The notes under the pieces were generated by a model. That model was given only the letters and a program-made list of their open reading frames with translations. It did no database searches and was not told the origin of the DNA. A program made the position numbers and the translations under genes. A DNA stretch of 64,000 bases from an uncultured Bacteroidota bacterium (lineage in GTDB: Bacteria; Bacteroidota; Bacteroidia; NS11-12g; UBA9320), in the NCBI GenBank assembly GCA_913054375.1, contig CAJXIQ010000001.1, forward strand, positions 1,200-65,199. Direction: 5' to 3'. How positions within the stretch are numbered: the stretch's first letter is position 1; each line of letters begins with the position of its first letter. Positions 37,487 to 47,182 of the stretch are shown in pieces.

Positions 37487-38314
37487 ATGGATAATACACA
37501 AGAAAGAAAAAAAATTCTATTTATCTCCTCAGAGATGAGACCGTTTTTAGATGGGGATACTCCATTGGCAGAAATCGCACGATATTTACCACAAAAAATT
37601 CAGGAAAAGGATAATGAAGTTCGCATACTCGTTCCTCGTTTCGGAGTGATCAATGAACGCAGAAACAGACTTCATGAGGTGGTTCGCTTATCGGGCATGA
37701 ACATTACGATAGATGACAACGACAATCCACTTACTATCAAGGTAGCATCCATTCCTAACACGAAAATGCAGGTGTATTTTTTAGATAACGAAGACTTCTT
37801 CCACCGTAAGTTTGTATACAACGATGAGAACGAAGATTTCTTTGAAGATAACGATGAGAGAACGATTTTCTTTTGCAAAGGTGCGCTAGAGACAGTAAAA
37901 AAATTGGGCTGGTACCCAGATATCATTCACTGCCAGGGTTGGATGACAAGTCTTATTCCGCTATACCTAAAAACATTGTATAAAGACGAACCCGTATTTT
38001 CGAATGCGAAAGTTATTTATTCGGTTTATGAAAATGACTTCAAAGAAGATTTAGGTGCAGACTTTATGCGTAAAGCGAGCCTAAACTATATTGAGGACGA
38101 AGAACTTCAGCCATTTTCAAAAGCAGATTGCACAAGTATGCACATGGGAGGGGTTGCGCATGCAGATGCTATTGTTAAGTGCAACGACATCTCAGATGAG
38201 GTAAATCAAAAGATTGACTCTACAAGCAAACCGGTACTTAACCATACGGAAGACAAAATCGCAGACAACTATTTGAATTTTTATAATTCGCTGTTGGCTG
38301 GTAAAGTTGAATAA
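37487..38314 (+). CDS. Short glycogen/starch-synthase N-terminal-domain-like protein (~275 aa).
   Basis: KKILFISSEMRPF..VRILVPRFGVINERRNRLHEV.. resembles the GT5 glycogen synthase N-terminal domain, but the C-terminal half is absent. The start is taken at the ATG at 37487 (MDNTQ). Confidence 0.6.
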   Translation: MDNTQERKKILFISSEMRPFLDGDTPLAEIARYLPQKIQEKDNEVRILVPRFGVINERRNRLHEVVRLSGMNITIDDNDNPLTIKVASIPNTKMQVYFLDNEDFFHRKFVYNDENEDFFEDNDERTIFFCKGALETVKKLGWYPDIIHCQGWMTSLIPLYLKTLYKDEPVFSNAKVIYSVYENDFKEDLGADFMRKASLNYIEDEELQPFSKADCTSMHMGGVAHADAIVKCNDISDEVNQKIDSTSKPVLNHTEDKIADNYLNFYNSLLAGKVE

Positions 38315-38320
38315 AAAGAA

Positions 38321-39664
38321 GTGAACAATACAGTAATAAATAAAAGAAGTAAGGGGTTGTTGCCCCTTTTCTTTTTGCTCGCTTTTGGGGCATGTAAAAA
38401 AGAGTCCACAGATATTGGCCTTGATTTAGTTGGAAAAGATGTGTTAGAAAAGGCAGAAAAAAGCATATTTACGCAAGCTATATGCCGCACTGTTGCAGAT
38501 GATACCACGCGCACAGACATACTTTCTTCGGGCCTTTTCGGCATTGTAAATGACCCCATTTTAGGTGAAAGTAAGGCCAGTCTTATTATTAACCCAAGAG
38601 TTACAGAAACAGGCTCTGGTTCTGTAGGTAAAGTTGCAGACTCCACTAAGCTTATACTAAAATTTGACATTGATCAAGTAGTAGGGGGAAGCCCATATAG
38701 ATTGCTACTAGGCGAGGCAGATGCAGCAATTACGTTTGATATTTACAAAATGGGAGAAGGTATTCCAGACACCGTTGAGAATACATACAGACCTATATTA
38801 GGGGATAAAATTGGTGAGTATTCTGGCAGTTTTGATTTTAGCAACAAAGAACGAATCATTGAAGAAGATACATTCACTGTAACACCCGAATTGATTGTGA
38901 CGTTGGACAATCAACTTGGAATTGACATTTTAGGACTTGCAAAGATTGATAATGAAGAATTGGAAACGGTTCTTAAAGGGATCGCACTGGTACCAAGAGA
39001 AGTGGTTTCGGGTGCGGGGCTTATAACCGCGTTTGAAACTAAAACATCGTCCTCGAGGGTAGTGATTTTTCATGACTCCACAGAGCTGTCAATACCGTTA
39101 GGGGTTAATTCTAAAAGAGCAAATTATTTTGAAACTACACCCAGTGCTGCAGTAAATGAACAACTTACGGGATCTGGGCATTTCAACACTACGTACGTGC
39201 AAAGCTTGAGCGGTACAAAAGTGAAAGTAGAGTTTCCTGAATTAAATGATTTCATTAAACGAGACGATCGTATAGTCATCAATGAGGCACACATTTCATT
39301 TTTATTAGAAGACGGTTCTGTTACAGAAGAGACTTTTAATGAACCACCAAGACTATTGTTATACGCGGTAGATTCTGTATCTGAGCAGACCGCATATTTC
39401 GAGGATTTGTTAGACTTTCAATTGGGTCAAACCTTAAATTACGGTGGGACATATTTATCCTCTTCTAAGAGTTATGACTTCCGGTTTAATAGATTTCTAC
39501 AAAGATTGGTAGATGATTATCGGCTTAAAGGGGTCGATAATTTTAAGGGTTTCTACTTAAGAGTGCCGACAGATTCTCCAATTGTGCCACACCGTGCCGT
39601 GCTCAACACAGATACAACGCAGCGGGCGATCAAACTTTCTGTAACATACACAAAACTCAATTAG
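38321..39664 (+). CDS. DUF4270-like lipoprotein.
   Basis: GLLPLFFLLAFGACKK has a lipobox. The gene sits in the conserved position downstream of the short glycogen-synthase-like gene. Confidence 0.55.
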   Translation: MNNTVINKRSKGLLPLFFLLAFGACKKESTDIGLDLVGKDVLEKAEKSIFTQAICRTVADDTTRTDILSSGLFGIVNDPILGESKASLIINPRVTETGSGSVGKVADSTKLILKFDIDQVVGGSPYRLLLGEADAAITFDIYKMGEGIPDTVENTYRPILGDKIGEYSGSFDFSNKERIIEEDTFTVTPELIVTLDNQLGIDILGLAKIDNEELETVLKGIALVPREVVSGAGLITAFETKTSSSRVVIFHDSTELSIPLGVNSKRANYFETTPSAAVNEQLTGSGHFNTTYVQSLSGTKVKVEFPELNDFIKRDDRIVINEAHISFLLEDGSVTEETFNEPPRLLLYAVDSVSEQTAYFEDLLDFQLGQTLNYGGTYLSSSKSYDFRFNRFLQRLVDDYRLKGVDNFKGFYLRVPTDSPIVPHRAVLNTDTTQRAIKLSVTYTKLN

Positions 39665-39689
39665 CATCAATCTGTTTTAAGCAATACCA

Positions 39690-40535
39690 ATGTCAGACCT
39701 TAAATTAGTCGGAAAACAACACCACGCCCACAAATCGGTGATAAAAGTGGGTAATGAGCTAGTAGGAGCCAAGGAGCTCTGTCTCATAGCGGGTCCTTGT
39801 GCAGTAGAGTCAGAAGAGCAACTGAATGAAATAGCCAAAGGCGTATCAGATTTGGGGGTTAAATTTATGAGAGGTGGTGCATATAAACCACGCACATCCC
39901 CATATGCTTTTCAAGGATTACAAAAAGAAGGGCTTAAGCTTTTAAAAAATGCATCAGACAAGTACGGGGTTAAAATAGTGACTGAAGTACTGGACACCAC
40001 GCTTATTGAAGAAGTATATCCCTACGCAGACGTTCTTCAGGTAGGATCAAGAAATGCAAAAAACTATTCTTTCTTAAAAGAACTTGGAAAGGTAGACAAG
40101 CCAATCCTACTGAAAAGGGGAATGAGTAGCACCATAAACGAGTGGTTATTGGCAGCAGAGTATATCTTAATGGGAGGCAATGAAAATGTGATTTTGTGCG
40201 AAAGAGGTATCAGAACATTTGATACTTCCGTGAGGAACACCATGGATATAGCGGCTATCCCATTAGTAAAAGAATTAAGCCACCTACCCATCATAGCAGA
40301 CCCAAGCCAAGGAACAGGGCAAAGAAGCCTCGTGACCCCCTTGTCTCTTGCGTCAATAGCTGCTGGAGCAGACGGCTTGATGATAGAGGTGCACAATGAA
40401 CCAGAAGAAGCTCTTTCAGACGGATTCCAATCTATGTACTTAAATACTATGGGTGATATGATAAAGGTGTTAAGAGCACAAGCAGAACATTCTAGCAGAA
40501 CCCTAAACCTGACCAAAGAGCCCCAAACAGTATGA
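39690..40535 (+). CDS. 3-deoxy-7-phosphoheptulonate (DAHP) synthase of the type I-beta/KDO8PS-like fold.
   Basis: GPCAVES, YKPRTSPYAFQG (a KPRTS motif, which favours DAHPS over KDO8PS) and ILCERGIRTFD are present. Confidence 0.75.
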   Translation: MSDLKLVGKQHHAHKSVIKVGNELVGAKELCLIAGPCAVESEEQLNEIAKGVSDLGVKFMRGGAYKPRTSPYAFQGLQKEGLKLLKNASDKYGVKIVTEVLDTTLIEEVYPYADVLQVGSRNAKNYSFLKELGKVDKPILLKRGMSSTINEWLLAAEYILMGGNENVILCERGIRTFDTSVRNTMDIAAIPLVKELSHLPIIADPSQGTGQRSLVTPLSLASIAAGADGLMIEVHNEPEEALSDGFQSMYLNTMGDMIKVLRAQAEHSSRTLNLTKEPQTV

Positions 40536-41515
40536 ATATAGCTATAATTGGAGCTACGGGAATGGTAGGCCGCACCATGCTTCAAGTATTAGAGGAGCGC
40601 GGTATAGAAATAGAAAATCTTTATCCGGTAGCAAGCAAGACTTCTTTAGGAACGAAAGTGGCTTATAGAGGCACTCTTTATGATGTATGCTTACTAGAAG
40701 ATGCTGTAGAAAAAGACGTGGACTATGCACTTTTTTCTGCAGGAGGATCTGTATCAGTGGAGTGGGCCCCAAAATTTGCCGCAAAGGGAATTGTGGTTAT
40801 TGATAATTCCTCAGCTTGGCGAATGGACGACAACTGTCCGCTTGTTGTACCACAGATAAACCTAGACAGTATAGGGCCAGATAATAAGATCATTGCCAAC
40901 CCAAACTGCAGTACGATACAGTTGGTCATGGCATTGGCTCCATTGCACAAAGCGTTTGGGATTAAGCGGTTAGTTGTATCTACCTACCAGAGCATTACCG
41001 GAACGGGAAAAGCGGCAGTAGAACAGATGGAGCAAGAGCGAAGAAACGGGGAGTCACACGAGATGGTCTACGCATATCCGATAGATAAAAATTGCATACC
41101 CCATTGTGATGAATTTTTAGACAATGGATATACAAAAGAGGAAATGAAACTGGTACACGAAACCAGAAAAATACTTGGCGTACCCGATCTTCCTGTTACA
41201 GCTACGGCAGTTCGAATACCCGTAGTTGGTGGCCATTCTGAATCGATTAACGTTGCATTTGAAAACGAATTTAACATGGCCGATATTACGTCACTACTGC
41301 AAAGGACCGAGGGAGTAGATGTAGAAGATGATATAGCCAACAACCTATATCCTATGCCGATAAATGCTCAGGGAAAAGACACCGTAATGGTGGGTAGAAT
41401 AAGAAGAGACGAGTCCCAACCAAATACACTAAATATGTGGGTAGTAGCAGACAACTTACGCAAAGGTGCAGCTACAAACGCAGTTGAGATACTAGAACAA
41501 TTAACAAAAAAATAA
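40532..41515 (+). CDS. asd: Aspartate-semialdehyde dehydrogenase.
   Basis: MNIAIIGATGMVGR has a Rossmann fold, and the catalytic IANPNCSTIQLV motif is present. Confidence 0.9.
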   Translation: MNIAIIGATGMVGRTMLQVLEERGIEIENLYPVASKTSLGTKVAYRGTLYDVCLLEDAVEKDVDYALFSAGGSVSVEWAPKFAAKGIVVIDNSSAWRMDDNCPLVVPQINLDSIGPDNKIIANPNCSTIQLVMALAPLHKAFGIKRLVVSTYQSITGTGKAAVEQMEQERRNGESHEMVYAYPIDKNCIPHCDEFLDNGYTKEEMKLVHETRKILGVPDLPVTATAVRIPVVGGHSESINVAFENEFNMADITSLLQRTEGVDVEDDIANNLYPMPINAQGKDTVMVGRIRRDESQPNTLNMWVVADNLRKGAATNAVEILEQLTKK

Positions 41516-41516
41516 G

Positions 41517-42608
41517 ATGCCAGCAGGATTTTACGCTATACCCGTTTCTAACGTTACAAGAGAAACCAATGATGCAGTAAGCATCACTTTTGACGTCCCA
41601 TCACTTATGACGTCTCAGTACCACTATAAAGCGGGTCAATACCTTACCTTTAGCATAGTGATAAATGGGGAAGAGGTACGCAGATCATATTCTATGTGCA
41701 GTAGCCCAATTTCTGGTGAGCAGATAACTATTGCAGTAAAAGAGGTAGAGAATGGACGAATGAGCACATACTTGAATAGGAATGTGAAAGAAGGAGATAT
41801 GCTAGACGTAATGCCTCCCATGGGTAAGTTCATACTAGAACCCAATGCAACTGCTGCAAACCATTACTTTCTTTTTGGGGGAGGAAGCGGTATTACTCCA
41901 TTGTTTAGTATAATCAAAACCGCTCTGAAAGCAGAGCCAAACAGCAAATGCTACTTGGTGTATGCCAATAGAGACGAGGACAGTATCATATTCAAAGACG
42001 AACTTGAGGCTCTCGAGGCTGCTCACGAAAACTTAACGGTAATACATAGCCTAGACAACCCCAAAGGTGCTTGGATGGGCCATAGAGGCTATTTGACAAA
42101 AGAAACGGTGTCTGAGATCGTAAGACAAGAATTGGGGCTTAATTATCCGGTTGCACAGTACTATACATGCGGACCTGGACCAATGATGGATGTAGTAGTA
42201 GAAGGCTTGAAAACTATAGGAGTGCGAGATGAAAATGTACATACAGAATATTTTACAGCTGTTGTCAAAAAAGATTCTGTAGAAGAAAGTAGTAGTGGAT
42301 CTACAGAGGCATTAAACTATAGCGATGAGGTTGTAGAACGTACGATACAAGTAGAAGTATTTGGAGAGAAAAAAGAAATAACGGTAAAACCAGAACAAAC
42401 CATACTGATAGCCACACAAGATGCTGGACTAGATCCTCCATACAGTTGCTGTGTAGGAGTTTGTACAACGTGTAGAGCAAAGCTGAGAAGCGGTAAAGCT
42501 TCTATGGAAGAAAGAGAAGGCCTTAGCGATACTGAAATTGACGAAGGATATATACTCACCTGCCAAGCTCATCCACTTAGCGATGATGTAGAATTAGTTT
42601 TTGAATAA
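41517..42608 (+). CDS. FNR-family oxidoreductase (FAD/NAD(P)-binding) with a C-terminal plant-type 2Fe-2S ferredoxin domain, PaaE/PaaK-like.
   Basis: RRSYSMCS (FAD binding), LFGGGSGITP (NAD binding) and the ferredoxin cysteine cluster CCVGVCTTC..LTCQ are present. Confidence 0.75.
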   Translation: MPAGFYAIPVSNVTRETNDAVSITFDVPSLMTSQYHYKAGQYLTFSIVINGEEVRRSYSMCSSPISGEQITIAVKEVENGRMSTYLNRNVKEGDMLDVMPPMGKFILEPNATAANHYFLFGGGSGITPLFSIIKTALKAEPNSKCYLVYANRDEDSIIFKDELEALEAAHENLTVIHSLDNPKGAWMGHRGYLTKETVSEIVRQELGLNYPVAQYYTCGPGPMMDVVVEGLKTIGVRDENVHTEYFTAVVKKDSVEESSSGSTEALNYSDEVVERTIQVEVFGEKKEITVKPEQTILIATQDAGLDPPYSCCVGVCTTCRAKLRSGKASMEEREGLSDTEIDEGYILTCQAHPLSDDVELVFE

Positions 42609-42611
42609 AGG

Positions 42612-43067
42612 CTAAGCCGTAATTTTTACTTGAAAACCAGCTTCGATTTTCTTTATTGTCATACCCTCATCATAGTATATTCCCATATCGTGCTTTGGTA
42701 TTTTGTAGTCATCATATCCGGCTTGTGCCATAAATAAACGCAAGTCTTTCTCCGTCTCAAAAGTCTCATTCTGATGCGATCGATTGCTCGCTTTTTCGAC
42801 AACATTTTCAACAGATTTATAGTTCTCTAGCATAAGTTTAATCTTTTCTAGATAAGCATCATCTAAGTCTATAGGTACAGCAATAGTGATCACCTTTTTC
42901 TTGTTCTTAGTCATCCAAAACTGAGAACGACAAGAACTACTACAAAACTTAGCTGTTTTTCTGTTGGCTAGAAATGCTTGTTCACAGTTTTGGCATTTTA
43001 ATTCTGAAGTTTTATGGTTTTGCTGAAAACTTTTCGTGGTACGGTAAAGGGACATTTGATGTTGCAT
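42612..43067 (-). CDS. Hypothetical protein with an N-terminal zinc-ribbon-like CxxC...CxxxC motif.
   Basis: CQNCEQAF..KFCSSSCRSQF. No other recognisable domain. Confidence 0.45.
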   Translation of the reverse strand: MQHQMSLYRTTKSFQQNHKTSELKCQNCEQAFLANRKTAKFCSSSCRSQFWMTKNKKKVITIAVPIDLDDAYLEKIKLMLENYKSVENVVEKASNRSHQNETFETEKDLRLFMAQAGYDDYKIPKHDMGIYYDEGMTIKKIEAGFQVKITA

Positions 43068-43151
43068 GGGTCAAAAGTAGAGCAGCATGCCTTAACGTTT
43101 ATTAACGCTAACACAGCGGAGACCAAAAATATGCACATAAAAAAGGACGGT

Positions 43152-43370
43152 TTACAGGTCCCAAACAGAGTGGCTACTCCTCATTAGGTAGTGTTTGATG
43201 TTGAGCCAAAACGCTATTACAAAGTAGATTATGACTGGACTTCCGAAAGTAAAAAAGGAAACATAAATAAAATATAGACGAATAGTACTGGACCTTATTC
43301 CGAACTTATCGCCCAAATATGAGCAGACCCCAAACGCATAATTTTCTATATTTTTTCTAATAGTATCCAT
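43152..43370 (-). CDS. PspC-domain membrane protein.
   Basis: GVCSYLGDKFGIRSSTIRLYFI has the PspC signature, followed by one TM helix. Confidence 0.7.
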   Translation of the reverse strand: MDTIRKNIENYAFGVCSYLGDKFGIRSSTIRLYFIYVSFFTFGSPVIIYFVIAFWLNIKHYLMRSSHSVWDL

Positions 43371-43372
43371 TT

Positions 43373-44650
43373 CTAGCTGAGCAATAGTTTCTTCCCTAAA
43401 CTACATTCTAGACAACGCTGAGGGGTACAATATGTTTTGTATAAATGTAGCAACGCTTGCGAAGTTAAAGCATTTTTACTATTCAAACCTTCATTTGCCC
43501 ATCTAGATATGATGCTGTTTTTTTCTGAAGGGATAGAATTTAGGTAATGGATAGCCCGGTCTGTAGCCATATCTATTCTCTCTTTTTCGTAAAAGAATAC
43601 AAAGGGCACTATGGCGTTTAGAAACAAGTGATTTACAACACCCGAAGAAATGGACTTACTTTTACTAGCAGAACTTTTATTAAAGGTATAGTGAGTGTCC
43701 CAATATTCTGACAGTGTAAAGTGTAACATCTCTTTTACTGACTGTACGGGAGGTAATTGGAGTACGTGAGCAATAAACTGGGGCACATGATGAAAGAATG
43801 CGGCGAGCTGTGCCAGTTTTACAGTAGGCAGATTTAGGGGTCTCATTCTGCCAGTTTTTAGTTTAGTTGTGACACTTGATAATCCGTATTTTCTTTTTAA
43901 GAATCGCCATTCATTTTTCAACGCTGTATGGTAGTTGTCTTCTTTAGACTGTTCCAATAAACCGGATATGCCGAAGAAAAGCGCCTCTAACTGAAAGAGA
44001 GAGGAATGATGCTTCTGTACTAAGTCGTATGTAATTTCTTGGGCAATTTCCTCAAAAGCTTGCGTATTGGTCGGCATACCAAAACTACGTACGATCGCTG
44101 TAAAAAAGGCTTGATTCCAATTGCCATTAGATGAAGCTAAATAGGTATGAAATAATGTACATCGTGCTTCTAGTCGCTCTACGATCATTCTGTCTATCCA
44201 CATGTTGATATCGAGAGGGCTAAGCGTAGGCAGTTGCCGTTCACACGGGATAAATGCTTTATTGGCCATTAGATTACGATATTTATGCAAGGCAGATTGG
44301 TTGATAAATGTGCCAATCGCTATGGTGGGAATTTTGGTGCCGTCCTTTCTATAGGAATCCTTACTTACTGAGTAGCAAACATGCAGTACCACGGTGTTAA
44401 AAGCGTGGTCCTCATGATGACCGTGTTGCTCCCATTCACGACTATCTACGTGAATTTCTACAGCGCCATAATGTGTGGTGTTCGCTATTCGAATTTCTGC
44501 CCGTTCAAAATCGGGTCCGTTGCTCCTATTGAGGTAGCCTTGTTTTATTATTTGTATGACAGATCCATCCGTGGTTATTAGGGAGGTTGCATTGTACAAC
44601 TGATACTCCCATATAAACTGGAGAAGATCTTCATTGTACCCAAAACTCAT
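43373..44650 (-). CDS. DUF2851-family protein.
   Basis: LLQFIWEYQLYN..GPDFERAEIRI..GAVEIHVDSREWEQHGHHEDHAFNTVVLHV matches the family N-terminal pattern. Confidence 0.65.
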   Translation of the reverse strand: MSFGYNEDLLQFIWEYQLYNATSLITTDGSVIQIIKQGYLNRSNGPDFERAEIRIANTTHYGAVEIHVDSREWEQHGHHEDHAFNTVVLHVCYSVSKDSYRKDGTKIPTIAIGTFINQSALHKYRNLMANKAFIPCERQLPTLSPLDINMWIDRMIVERLEARCTLFHTYLASSNGNWNQAFFTAIVRSFGMPTNTQAFEEIAQEITYDLVQKHHSSLFQLEALFFGISGLLEQSKEDNYHTALKNEWRFLKRKYGLSSVTTKLKTGRMRPLNLPTVKLAQLAAFFHHVPQFIAHVLQLPPVQSVKEMLHFTLSEYWDTHYTFNKSSASKSKSISSGVVNHLFLNAIVPFVFFYEKERIDMATDRAIHYLNSIPSEKNSIISRWANEGLNSKNALTSQALLHLYKTYCTPQRCLECSLGKKLLLS

Positions 44651-45456
44651 AAATGTGCAGTGTGTGGCGCCGTCTCTAGCGCTAGCTCTTTAGTTTTAGC
44701 TCTTGCTGCTTCTGCAAAATTCTTCCCACTACTTGCGTATATTATACCGCGCGATGAGTTTATAAGTAAGCCTCCATTTTTAGTTTTCCCGTTTTCACAA
44801 ACCTCTACAGCACTTCCTCCCTGAGCACCCACCCCCGGTATCAGCAAGAAGTGATTTGGGACAATTTTACGTATCTCTTTTAGTGCTTCGGCTTTTGTTG
44901 CACCTACCACAAACATTAGGTTATCCATAGAACCCCAACGGCTTACGCGTTCCAATACCGTTTTATACAGAGGGGGGTCGTAGCGAGTATTGGTTTGAAA
45001 GTCTAGACTTCCTTTGTTTGAGGTAAGTCCAAGCACAATTGTGATTTTATTGTCAAATTTCAGAAAGGGCTCTACGCTGTCTAGCCCCATGTATGGGGCT
45101 ACGGTGATCGCATCAAAGTCCATTGTTTCAAAGAATGCTTTAGCGTACATCGTGCTGGTATTTCCTATATCTCCGCGCTTAGCGTCGGCTATACTAAGTA
45201 CATTGCTTGGTAGCATCTCTCTTGTTTTCTCGAGCACTCGCCACCCGTCGCTGCCCAGCTGCTCGTAGAAAGCAGTATTTAACTTGTAGGATACAGCGTA
45301 TTCTTGAGTTGCTTCAATAATCGCTTTGTTGAAATCAAGAATTCCTTGTGCATTTTTCGAAATACCGTCAGGAAGTTTCGTAATATCCGTATCTAAACCA
45401 ACGCACACGTAGCTTTTTTTAGTCTTTATTTCTGAGATTAACTGGGACACATTCAC
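44647..45456 (-). CDS. pyrF: Orotidine 5'-phosphate decarboxylase (long type 2).
   Basis: The motifs VCVGLDTD, ADAKRGDIGNT and VVGAT are present. Confidence 0.85.
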   Translation of the reverse strand: MNVSQLISEIKTKKSYVCVGLDTDITKLPDGISKNAQGILDFNKAIIEATQEYAVSYKLNTAFYEQLGSDGWRVLEKTREMLPSNVLSIADAKRGDIGNTSTMYAKAFFETMDFDAITVAPYMGLDSVEPFLKFDNKITIVLGLTSNKGSLDFQTNTRYDPPLYKTVLERVSRWGSMDNLMFVVGATKAEALKEIRKIVPNHFLLIPGVGAQGGSAVEVCENGKTKNGGLLINSSRGIIYASSGKNFAEAARAKTKELALETAPHTAHL

Positions 45457-45515
45457 TCTTCAAAAAAAAGTAAAATAGTGTGTATTTTAAGAATTATTTA
45501 CATTTACCACCCAAA

Positions 45516-47177
45516 ATGAAGAGGTTTTTAACATTAGCGATTATTACTACCGCATTGCTCAGTTCTGCCACAGCCCAAGATCAGGGTGTGTTTAGTGGAA
45601 ATTTACAGTCAAATTTTAATGTGTTTTTAAAAGATTCATTAATTGGAGCCGTAGAAGGAGCATCTCCTCAATATGGCAAGCAAATCAGTAGCTCGGAGTC
45701 TTGGCTTTTTCTTAATTATGATATTAAAGGGTGGCACTTTGCAGCAAGGTATGATTTATTTAATAACAGCAACCTTCTGAATCCCGCCGATGCCTATTCA
45801 GGTCAAGGACTGGGTTTTTGGCAAATAAAAAAAGAGGTAGGTGATTTAGAAATAACGGCAGGATCATTTTACGATCAGTTTGGTTCAGGAGCGGTTTTTA
45901 GAGCCTTTGAGAACAGGCTTATAGGGATAGATTATGCAATGGAAGGTGTACGTTTGAAATATAAGGTAGCAGATGATTTTGTAATAAAGGCCTTTACGGG
46001 CAAGCAAAAAGGCGGATTGGATAGACGGTTTGAAACGTCTCCACAAATAGTAAAAGGCATAAATGCAGAAAAGGGATATCTATCGGACAAGGGATCCGTA
46101 TTAAACGTAGGGGTTTCTGCCGTAAACCGGACCCTCAATGAAAACGCCTACTCTAAATTGGTAACAGAGATACAGGGCCTAGGTCTGAGCCAGGAAGACG
46201 GCTTCTACCCGAAGTATAATACCTACCTTATGAATGGGTATTTTAACGCCTCAGTTGGGAATTTCGGTTTCAATGGAGAATTGAATTATAAAACGGCGGA
46301 GCCTATAAAGGACAATAGAGATAGCTTGATAAACGGGAGCGGTAATCTTGCTATTCTCGGCGTAAGCTACTCTAAAAGAAAATTAGGTAAAAGTAAAAAA
46401 GGTGGTCTAGGTGTAAATCTACAATACCGTAGGATAGACAATTTTGCTTTCAACGTAGATCCATACTCACAACTTTCGTTACTTCAAGGATTGCTCTCCT
46501 ATCAACCATCACTTAGCCGCCAAGCTAGCTATAGATTGCTAGCACGCTACCAAGCTCCTGCCCAATTTACGGGCGAGCAAGGGGTACAGGCAGAGGTCAT
46601 TTACTCACTCAATAAAAAGACCAATGTTACTGTAAATTTTTCTGACATCACAGATCTCAATGGAGCGCAGCTGTTTAGAGAGCAATTTGTTCAAATAGAG
46701 CACAAAATAAATAAGAAGTGGAAAGGAAAACTTGGTTTGCAAATGGTAAACTATAACCAAGAGGTGTATGAGGTGAAGCCGCTTGGTAAAGCAGATGAGG
46801 TAGAAACATTTACCCCATTTGGAGAAATTACTTACAAAATAAACAGGAAGAACAGTTTGCGTTTTGAGTCACAAATGCTGCTTACTAAGCAAGATCTTGG
46901 AAGCTTCTACCACGGCATTATAGAGTGGAATAATTCGCCAAAGTTCTCAATCGCTATAAGCGATATGATAAACACTAACCCAGTGAGAATAGTAAACGTT
47001 TCTTTAGCAGATCAAGTGTTGCATTATCCAAGTGTATTTGTAAAATACAATATCAAAACAACTTCGTTTACAGCTGCGTACATAAAGCAGGTAGAAGGTG
47101 TTGTTTGTACAGGAGGTGTATGTAGACTAGAACCAGCATTTAGTGGTTTGCGGTTTACATTATCTACGCAGTTTTAA
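45516..47177 (+). CDS. Hypothetical outer-membrane beta-barrel protein.
   Basis: It has a signal peptide (MKRFLTLAIITTALLSSATAQD) and a C-terminal ..FTLSTQF. The start is taken at the ATG at 45516. Confidence 0.6.
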   Translation: MKRFLTLAIITTALLSSATAQDQGVFSGNLQSNFNVFLKDSLIGAVEGASPQYGKQISSSESWLFLNYDIKGWHFAARYDLFNNSNLLNPADAYSGQGLGFWQIKKEVGDLEITAGSFYDQFGSGAVFRAFENRLIGIDYAMEGVRLKYKVADDFVIKAFTGKQKGGLDRRFETSPQIVKGINAEKGYLSDKGSVLNVGVSAVNRTLNENAYSKLVTEIQGLGLSQEDGFYPKYNTYLMNGYFNASVGNFGFNGELNYKTAEPIKDNRDSLINGSGNLAILGVSYSKRKLGKSKKGGLGVNLQYRRIDNFAFNVDPYSQLSLLQGLLSYQPSLSRQASYRLLARYQAPAQFTGEQGVQAEVIYSLNKKTNVTVNFSDITDLNGAQLFREQFVQIEHKINKKWKGKLGLQMVNYNQEVYEVKPLGKADEVETFTPFGEITYKINRKNSLRFESQMLLTKQDLGSFYHGIIEWNNSPKFSIAISDMINTNPVRIVNVSLADQVLHYPSVFVKYNIKTTSFTAAYIKQVEGVVCTGGVCRLEPAFSGLRFTLSTQF

Positions 47178-47182
47178 AACAC

